A stretch of 63,790 nucleotides of DNA, counting the filler, from Lenisia limosa (taxonomy: Eukaryota; Protista; Breviatea), in NCBI GenBank assembly GCA_001655205.1. It is 12 parts of 12 records of this genome, joined end to end, with 100 filler letters (N's around TTAATTAATTAA, not from the genome) between each part and the next. Parts side by side here need not be neighbours in the genome. Positions count along the whole stretch, not along the records: positions 7,349 to 14,747 come from LPNZ01009235.1; positions 14,848 to 17,587 come from LPNZ01002693.1; positions 17,688 to 20,055 come from LPNZ01001104.1; 9 more parts are not named here. One strand, written 5' to 3'. Below, piece after piece: positions 11,068-17,808 of the stretch (position 1 is its first letter; every line of letters starts with the position of its first letter). Made by a program: the position numbers and the translations under genes. The notes below the pieces were generated by a model, which was given only the letters and a program-made list of their open reading frames with translations, made no database searches and was not told the origin of the DNA.

Positions 11068-11213
11068 AAACTGTTGCCAACAATGTATAAAAATAATTGC
11101 GGTTTAGTGCTAAAACAAAGGTAGTTGCGTGTTTGCTACATCTGATTTTCCTGCGGAAAATCCTCGCACGCAAACCCGCAACTATTCTTATACTAGACCG
11201 TTGTACCACATTA
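11068..11213 (+). repeat. attC-like element 6 (complete, AAC 11079 to GTT 11202 = 124 bp)
   Basis: Arms GTATAAAAATAATTGCGG and CCGCAACTATTCTTATAC. Boxes AAACTGTTGCCAAC and GTTGTACCACATTA. Confidence 0.85.
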
Positions 11214-11752
11214 TGAAAAAAATTTCCGCAATAATAATTTTAATTCTAACATTGATTTCTTGCAAAGAGAAAACTAATGAAAATCCAAGCGAAAAAAATA
11301 TGACAAATGAATTTATCTCTCGAATACATACACCTGAGCTTGAGACTGACTTTTATAGAATTTTAGGAACGACTTCTTTAGAAAAACATACTGCTGACTT
11401 TCAAAAAATAAATTGGAAAAAAGACTTTTGGAGCGAATATGAATCGGGGAATTTTAATATGACCAACCTAGAAGCGTTTAACAGAACTGACTCTAAATAT
11501 TTATCAATTGGAACAGCACCGAATACGGACGATACTTTTCAATTTGTTGTCGGACTTGGAACTCATAAAGAAACTAACGACAAAAACAATCCAATCAGAA
11601 AGATAAAACTTTATTTTACCGAAACAGAAAATTCAGAAGTCCCAGAAAAATTAATTGAACTATTTTTTAAAGGAGATTATTCTAAAATAAACTCGGAATT
11701 AAATAAATACGAAATGGACGAAATTGAGGATTTGTATTTGAACATAAAATAA
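11213..11752 (+). CDS. Lipoprotein of unknown function, 179 aa
   Basis: MKKISAIIILILTLISC is a type II signal with lipobox, followed by KEKT. ATG is 13 nt after the GTT and the stop is inside the end box TAACGTGGTACAAC. Confidence 0.85.
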   Translation: MKKISAIIILILTLISCKEKTNENPSEKNMTNEFISRIHTPELETDFYRILGTTSLEKHTADFQKINWKKDFWSEYESGNFNMTNLEAFNRTDSKYLSIGTAPNTDDTFQFVVGLGTHKETNDKNNPIRKIKLYFTETENSEVPEKLIELFFKGDYSKINSELNKYEMDEIEDLYLNIK

Positions 11753-11894
11753 CGTGGTACAACACCGTGTATAGCTTATTGCGGCTGAAGTGCTTAAACA
11801 AAAGTTAGTATTTTTTTGCTAACTTTACGCTTATCCGAATAACCTCGGATTTTAACCCGCAACAAGCCATACACAAACACGTTAGGCAAAATTA
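11750..11894 (+). repeat. attC-like element 7 (complete, AAC 11761 to GTT 11883 = 123 bp)
   Basis: Arms GTGTATAGCTTATTGCGG and CCGCAACAAGCCATACAC. Confidence 0.85.
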
Positions 11895-11915
11895 AAACGA
11901 AACGCATCAGAAACT

Positions 11916-12425
11916 ATGGAAATAGAAATGGATAAGTGCCATTATTGCGAAAATTATACATCAGACGAAAAGAGTTACTACGAACATACGATGTATGAAA
12001 TTCTCAATACATCTCTAATTCAAGGAATGAGTTATAGATACCGAGAAAAGAAAATCAAAATTCCAAGATGCACTACTTGTTACAACAAACATAATAATCA
12101 ATCTTTGTATATAACATTGCCTCTTTGGATAATTTCCGCACTTGGAATTCTATACTTTTTCACTTACAAAATTAACGACGGAGAATTTAGCTTCGTTTCT
12201 TTAATTCCAGCAATTTTATTAGGCGGAATTCCAGGCGTTATCGTGAATTTCATTCTTGACAGCTTAAAAATAACTCATAAACTTTTTGGAGTAAAACCCG
12301 AAAATGACATAAAAGAAAATTTAGAAGTAAAAAGGCTAATGGAATTGGGATGGAAATTAAACAAACCTTCCAATACCGAAGTTACAAAAGACGATATATC
12401 AAAAACAAGTCCTTACAAGAAATGA
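11916..12425 (+). CDS. Two-transmembrane protein with two CxxC motifs, 169 aa
   Basis: CHYC and CTTC precede hydrophobic helices LYITLPLWIISALGILYFFTY and FVSLIPAILLGGIPGVIVNFIL. Confidence 0.8.
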   Translation: MEIEMDKCHYCENYTSDEKSYYEHTMYEILNTSLIQGMSYRYREKKIKIPRCTTCYNKHNNQSLYITLPLWIISALGILYFFTYKINDGEFSFVSLIPAILLGGIPGVIVNFILDSLKITHKLFGVKPENDIKENLEVKRLMELGWKLNKPSNTEVTKDDISKTSPYKK

Positions 12426-12667
12426 AACAATATGACATAGTTTATTATCCGAATTGCCCAGAAACACTTTATAAGGTTGTTGCAACGAAAGACGAATATT
12501 TAGTGAGCTTTGGACCTTATAACAAAACTATTTCACCGAAAGATGGATTTGATTGTGTAATAATGAGAGTTCGAGACACTGAACTTAAAAACGGAGAAAT
12601 CTATTTTAATTCGACTGGAGAAATTATTAACGAAAACACGTCTGAATTGAGAAAATTGGAAAAATAA
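12422..12667 (+). CDS. Small hypothetical protein, 81 aa, translationally coupled to the upstream gene
   Basis: ATGA start/stop overlap at 12422-12425 (MKQYDIVYYP). Stop is inside the end box TAACTTTGCCTAAC. Confidence 0.7.
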   Translation: MKQYDIVYYPNCPETLYKVVATKDEYLVSFGPYNKTISPKDGFDCVIMRVRDTELKNGEIYFNSTGEIINENTSELRKLEK

Positions 12668-12812
12668 CTTTGCCTAACAACGTGTAAGCGCAATAACGGC
12701 TGAATTTCCTAATCGGAAATTCAACTCGTTTTGCTAAATTAAGTGCGTCAGCGGAAAGTACTCGCGCACTTTCCCGTTACTGACGCTTACACAAAACCGT
12801 TGTGTGTAAGCT
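12665..12812 (+). repeat. attC-like element 8 (complete, AAC 12676 to GTT 12801 = 126 bp)
   Basis: Arms GTGTAAGCGCAATAACGG and CCGTTACTGACGCTTACAC, with one extra base in the right arm. Confidence 0.85.
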
Positions 12813-12837
12813 GACAAAAAATCCGTGAAATAGAAAA

Positions 12838-13428
12838 ATGGGAATATTTAACTTTATAAAAGGGAACGAAAAGGGAAAATCGGAAAAAACCGAAAAGCCA
12901 TCACCTGAACATAAGTTATTCTCTGAAAAAGCTATGGAAATCGTAATTCCGACTTTTGAACAGTTCGGATTCCAAAAACACCGAATTGAAATCGGAAATC
13001 ATTTCTCAAACATAACTTACCGAAAAAACGAACAGTATCTAAAAATATCAAGTACAACTCATCCAAAAGATTATCCTCACTACTATTCGATTTCATTCGG
13101 AGAAGGAAATAGTGAAGATTTTTTTGAATTTGACTGGAATTCAATTAATCTTTGGGATTTTCAGAAAAAAATAAATCCTAATAGAAAATTATCAAATTAT
13201 GATTTTCCTTTAAAAAGTGAATTAGAGTCAAGTTTGGAAAATGCAAAAAAGGACTTACTTGAATTTGGAGCTTCATTTCTAAACGGAGAATTGAGTATCT
13301 TTTATCAAATTAGAAAAGAGCGAAACCAAGAAAAAGAACCATATAAAATTCGCAAGTTGAATAAAGATGGTAAATATGAAACAACTTACGAACCTAAAAG
13401 TTTAGAATTGAAAAAGAAATACAGTTGA
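12838..13428 (+). CDS. Hypothetical protein, 196 aa, cassette cargo
   Basis: Clean ORF flanked by GTTGTGTGTAAGCT and AGCCTACACACAAC. Confidence 0.8.
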   Translation: MGIFNFIKGNEKGKSEKTEKPSPEHKLFSEKAMEIVIPTFEQFGFQKHRIEIGNHFSNITYRKNEQYLKISSTTHPKDYPHYYSISFGEGNSEDFFEFDWNSINLWDFQKKINPNRKLSNYDFPLKSELESSLENAKKDLLEFGASFLNGELSIFYQIRKERNQEKEPYKIRKLNKDGKYETTYEPKSLELKKKYS

Positions 13429-13436
13429 ATGAAAAA

Positions 13437-13582
13437 AGCCTACACACAACAATGTGTATAATTCATTGCTAGTAAAGGCTTCCTTACGAAAATCCTCGCG
13501 GATTTTCTATTCGGTTTGTATTTGCTAAATTAGTTGCTTACACACGCAACGAAATCATACACTAGACCGTTGGCAACAAGCT
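13437..13582 (+). repeat. attC-like element 9 (complete, AAC 13448 to GTT 13571 = 124 bp)
   Basis: Arms GTGTATAATTCATTGC and GCAACGAAATCATACAC. Internal hairpin GAAAATCC-TCGC-GGATTTTC. Confidence 0.85.
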
Positions 13583-13608
13583 AAAGAAACATCCGAACAT
13601 ATAATTAA

Positions 13609-14730
13609 ATGAGTGGAAAAAACATACATTCTGAACCCTTTGATAGTGGAACAATAACAAAACTTGAAATATTTGAGGATTATGCCCAAGCTTGGATACC
13701 AACTTTTGTAATGCAAGCTCATTTTGGCGAGATACACATATTTGACTTTTTTTCTGGTCCAGGCTACGATTCAAATAATATAGCTGGTAGTCCAATTCGG
13801 ATTTTAACTAAAATAAATGAACAATTAGGCAACATTTTGAGGACTAAAACTAAAATTGTTTTGCACTTCAACGAATTTGAACCTAATAGAAAAACACAGA
13901 AAAAGTTTGAACTACTCAAAAAGAATTGTGAAGATTTTATTTTACAAAATCCTAAATTCAAATACTTTCTTTCTGTAAACTATTACAATGAAGATGCTGA
14001 AGAATTGTTCTTCAAATTAATTCCAACAATCAAAGAATACCCTTCATTAGTTTATTTAGACCAAAATGGAGTGAAATTTATTTCCCAAGAATATGTTGAT
14101 GAACTGGAAAGACTAAATACGACTGATTTTATCTATTTTGTCTCATCTTCCTTTTTTAGAAGATATGGAATGACAGAAGAGTTTAAAAAAGCGTTAGAGA
14201 TTGATATTGAAGAATTGGAAAATGAGGAATATCGCAATATGCATCGTTTGGTTTTCAATAAAATAAATTCAAGGCTTCCAGAAAATTCAGAATTAAAATT
14301 ATTTCCGTTTTCAATAAAAAAAACGAGAAATATTTACGGAATTATATTTGGCGCAAAGAATTACGCAGCGGTCGATAAATTTTTAAAAATAGCTTGGAAA
14401 AGAAACAGCTTAAATGGAGAGGCTGATTTTGACATTGATGAAGATGCAGGTAAAATTCAACTTGATATGTTCGAGGGACAAAAATTAACAAAAGTTGAGA
14501 AATTCAAAAACGAATTAGAAACAAAACTTTTAGAAAGAAATACCGTTACAAATAAAGGAGTTTTGATGTATACATATTCAAATGGTCATATTCCGCAACA
14601 CGCAGTTGACTTATTGAAACTTATGAAAAAACAAGGTAAGTTAGAATACGAAGGTAAATCACCATTCTTAAATTATGAGAATGTATTTAGAAAGAATAAT
14701 ATTGTAACCTACAAAATAATCAAAAAATAA
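13609..14730 (+). CDS. tcmP: Three-Cys-motif partner protein TcmP (SAM-dependent methyltransferase-like, GMT-wHTH type), 373 aa
   Basis: N-terminal TITKLEIFEDYAQAWIPTF, SAM-binding-like IFDFFSGPG, LVYLDQNG and a YGIIFGAKN motif near the C-terminus, followed directly by an ORF starting MAQSS. Confidence 0.8.
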   Translation: MSGKNIHSEPFDSGTITKLEIFEDYAQAWIPTFVMQAHFGEIHIFDFFSGPGYDSNNIAGSPIRILTKINEQLGNILRTKTKIVLHFNEFEPNRKTQKKFELLKKNCEDFILQNPKFKYFLSVNYYNEDAEELFFKLIPTIKEYPSLVYLDQNGVKFISQEYVDELERLNTTDFIYFVSSSFFRRYGMTEEFKKALEIDIEELENEEYRNMHRLVFNKINSRLPENSELKLFPFSIKKTRNIYGIIFGAKNYAAVDKFLKIAWKRNSLNGEADFDIDEDAGKIQLDMFEGQKLTKVEKFKNELETKLLERNTVTNKGVLMYTYSNGHIPQHAVDLLKLMKKQGKLEYEGKSPFLNYENVFRKNNIVTYKIIKK

Positions 14731-14731
14731 A

Positions 14732-14747
14732 ATGGCACAATCAAGTA
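14732..14747 (+). CDS. First five codons (MAQSS) of a probable DUF5131 (Gp37/Gp68, radical-SAM-like) protein, truncated by scaffold end
   Basis: ATG 2 nt after the tcmP stop. DUF5131 is the established neighbour of TcmP and often starts with an S-x-I-E-W-T motif. Only 16 nt are visible. Confidence 0.4.
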
Positions 14748-14847
14748 NNNNNNNNNNNNNNNNNNNNNNNNNNNNNNNNNNNNNNNNNNNNTTAATTAAT
14801 TAANNNNNNNNNNNNNNNNNNNNNNNNNNNNNNNNNNNNNNNNNNNN
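14748..14847. other. Artificial scaffold-concatenation linker, right boundary of the bacterial scaffold
   Basis: Same 44N-TTAATTAATTAA-44N structure. Composition switches from dense intronless AT-rich ORFs to intron-rich eukaryotic DNA across it. Confidence 0.97.
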
Positions 14848-15013
14848 TCTAAGTGGCCGTCTTTGAACTGAGTGAAGGTGCCGTCTTGCTGCGGGAGGGG
14901 GAGGGGGGAGTAAGGGGAAAAAAGAGGGGAGGGGGGTAAAATTGGAAAACAACAAAAAAGCCCAAAATCAACTCATGATAAACGGGGAATAGCACATATT
15001 GCTACATGGCTTC

Positions 15014-15520
15014 CTACAACAGTTCGTTGGGTAGAGGGTTTGAAAGCAAAAGCTTGACTGCAAAAAAATCACCAAAGACCCCTACATTTCGTTCGTCACG
15101 GTGAAGGATGTAGAGTGTGATGGTGAGCGGGAAGGACAGAGCCACGATGATAGATTCGACCATGACTTTGTTGATATGCTTCATGTGTGTGGAGGTGGCA
15201 TGGAAGAGGCTTGAAAGGTACACGACCACCATCAAAATGTACGCTAAAACATGAGAATTTGTTGAAATGGAAAAAAAAAAAGAATGTTGAAGATTCATCG
15301 AGTATTCTAATTTTTGTCTATTTTTCTATGTTTTAGGAGTACTCTTACTCCCAATGGTATCTAAAAACACTCAGGAGACAGTACCCGCAAAATACCCACA
15401 TATTACCCGCATACCAACACCAAATGGGGTAGAGGTGAACACAAAGGACGACGTGGCAGTGTAGACAAAGATAACCACTAGGTACACGTACTGATACGTT
15501 ATCATTTTGCGTTCCTGTCT
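15014..15520 (-). CDS. 3' exons of a eukaryotic multi-pass membrane protein (unassigned)
   Basis: Hydrophobic exonic stretches such as HVLAYILMVVVYLSSLF and MVESIIVALSFPLTITLYIL. Confidence 0.35.
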
Positions 15521-15766
15521 TCAATTCTGTGTTTCTCGTATTCCATCATTGTTATAAGTTATTGGGTTTTGTTTCTAGTATTCCATCATGGTTATGTGCA
15601 GGTGCCGATCTCAAAATTGTAAAACAAATCAAAATCCTGTAGGCCCAATCCATCTCCACTCACCTTGAGACGCTGAAACAGATTGTTCCTGAAGACAAGG
15701 TAGTCCTCCTCCACCGTCACCGAACAGTAACTCACTGACCCCAGAGGCAGCGATAACAGCGAATCT

Positions 15767-15936
15767 GGGGGGGGGGGAGTAAAACGAAGGAAATTTCGAT
15801 GAAGGTCCTAATCACGAACCGAAAATCTGAAACGGGGGGTAAAAAACAATTATGAAACAAAACAAGCCCAAAATAAACTCTGTTGGCTGACAACACAAGA
15901 GGGTTGAAAACAACAAACAAACAAAGCTCAGGCCAG
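15767..15936 (+). repeat. Best copy of a high-copy bipartite dispersed repeat (module A GnAGTAAAACGAAGGAAATTTCGATGAAG plus module B AAAGCCCAAAATCAACTCTGTTGGCTGACAACACACGAGGGTTGATAACAAC)
   Basis: Related copies at about 631-680, 825-910, 2720-2755, 4216-4402, 6472-6600 (rev), 14935-14980, 19970-20055 (rev), 34457-34510, 38200-38276, 51432-51550, 52296-52420, 53845-53940, 56877-56965 (rev), 57735-57830 (rev), 59200-59270 (rev), 59480-59720 and 63731-63790. Confidence 0.85.
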
Positions 15937-16476
15937 GGGGGGGGGTGACAAAATCTATAATAAAGTACTCCTGACCCCTTCCTCACTGTCGGCGGATTGA
16001 GGGAGGGCTTGCGCCAATGATATTATGGCCTAAGACGTTAGAGGGAGTGGATTGAGAAAACAAGGTCTTGATTTGTGGTTTGGTTTTGTTTGTTGGTAAA
16101 GTATCCCATCATGGTAATTTCTAATTTCTTGAAAATTCTACACTTCCCCATAGCTCTTAAAACACCCTACCTCATGTTCGGAGGAAGAGAGGAAAGTGGA
16201 AAGTGGGATTATGGGCGAGTCGTTGGCAGTGGAAGAAATGATACTCTAAAAGATGAGGAAATGACAAAATATTCCAATCACAAGGAAGAGGTCATTATAT
16301 TTGAAAAGTTCAGCTCTAGTTGTTGTTTATAAGTCAAAAAGAACCCAGCAAAGCTCCTTCAAACCAGAGGGCTATTTGGCACGGACAACTTTGAAGAAGT
16401 GCAGTAATTGACATCAAGGGGTGATGGTCGCGGCCGCGGCCGCTGGAACTGTCGTGTTAGTTATGATTACCTATTA

Positions 16477-16747
16477 TTTGTATCCTTGTGTATTATTTTA
16501 TATCCCTCTTCTTTTGTATCCTTGTGTATAATTTTTTATCCCTTTTCTTTTGTATCCTTGTGTATTATTTTATATCCCTATATTGTATTTAATGCATTTG
16601 CCACTTCATTATATCACACATAAACGATTATAATGATGGCTGCGAGTATTCCATTATAAATTTGTGTAAATGTATGCGGATATAATGAAGTGGCAAATGC
16701 ATTTAATACAATATAGGGATATAAAATAATACACAAGGTTACAAAAG
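16477..16747. repeat. Foldback inverted repeat (64-bp arms) with tandem triplication of the left end
   Basis: 16552-16615 is the reverse complement of 16679-16742 with 2 mismatches. TTTGTATCCTTGTGTATTATTTTATATCCCT occurs about 3 times from 16477. Confidence 0.85.
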
Positions 16748-17808
16748 AATAGCGATACCATAAAACTGTACTGCTCATGTTTTAAAAGTCCAAAATACAA
16801 TTCCCTCCAACTGTGTCTTCTGCGCCGACAGTGGATCCCGAGAATGCGCGGCTCAGAGGCGAATTTGGATAACTCTGGTCATCGTCTGGGGGGGGGGGGG
16901 GNNNNNNNNNNNNNNNNNNNNNNNNNNNNNNNNNNNNNNNNNNNNNNNNNNNNNNNNNNNNNNNNNNNNNNNNNNNNNNNNNNNNNNNNNNNNNNNNNNN
17001 NNNNNNNNNNNNNNNNNNNNNNNNNNNNNNNNNNNNNNNNNNNNNNNNNNNNNNNNNNNNNNNNNNNNNNNNNNNNNNNNNNNNNNNNNNNNNNNNNNNN
17101 NNNNNNNNNNNNNNNNNNNNNNNNNNNNNNNGATTCCATTACTCCACCACTCCATTACTCATGAATAAATGACTCCACCACTCATGAATACATTTCCGCT
17201 CCCCATGCCAATGAATAAAGTGACCGGGATAAGTCTTTACCGATTTGCTCTATGATTCCCCAGGACAGCCAAGACGTGTCGCGGTCACTGTACCTCTCCC
17301 CTCCACCCACCATTACAGGAGATTGCCGACGGGCTAATAGGGGGCTTTGATGGGCTAGTGAGTAAAACACAGGAAATTTCGATGATGAATATTGGCGTGA
17401 AGGTACGAATCAATGGTGTGTGAATAAAATGGCTCAGACCCATTGTGAAGATTCAATATAAGGAGAGAATAATAAAGTAATAAGTATATGATTTAATATA
17501 GTGTACATAGTAAATATATATATATATATATATATATGCTAGGCCGCAGAAATCGGGTAAAATATACCCTATTTAGGTAAATTATTTNNNNNNNNNNNNN
17601 NNNNNNNNNNNNNNNNNNNNNNNNNNNNNNNTTAATTAATTAANNNNNNNNNNNNNNNNNNNNNNNNNNNNNNNNNNNNNNNNNNNNTCTCCCTTCTTTC
17701 TCCCTTCTTTCTCCCTTCTTTCTCCCTTCTTTCTCCCTTCTTTCTCCTTTCTTCCTTCTTTCTTCCTTCTTTCTTCATTGTTTATATCGCCACTCTGTAA
17801 TATTCTAG

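Larger units (their letters stand above)
7349..14747 (+). mobile_element. Integron-like gene-cassette array (CALIN-like, no integrase in window) on a Bacteroidota/Flavobacteriaceae-like scaffold
   Basis: Strict alternation of about 125-bp imperfect palindromes bounded by AAC...GTT with short ORFs, nearly all on the + strand. The start box and end box of each fully visible cassette are reverse complements (5 of 5). Confidence 0.8.

Noticed and set aside
11129-11212. N-terminal extensions of ORFs 7467, 11129, 12350 and 9623(-)
   Set aside because: They run through elements or the upstream gene. The real starts are most likely 7482, 11213, 12422 and 9506.
9551-13571. Elements as plain rho-independent terminators or REP sequences
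   Set aside because: There are no U-tracts after the stems, the mismatches favour the non-transcribed strand, and the end boxes pair across genes rather than within an element.
7349-14747. CRISPR array interpretation of the regularly spaced repeats
   Set aside because: Repeats are about 125 bp and divergent, the intervening DNA is gene-sized and coding, and no cas gene is present.
7349-14747. Horizontal transfer of flavobacterial DNA into the eukaryote genome
   Set aside because: Both borders coincide exactly with artificial linkers, so this is a separate scaffold.
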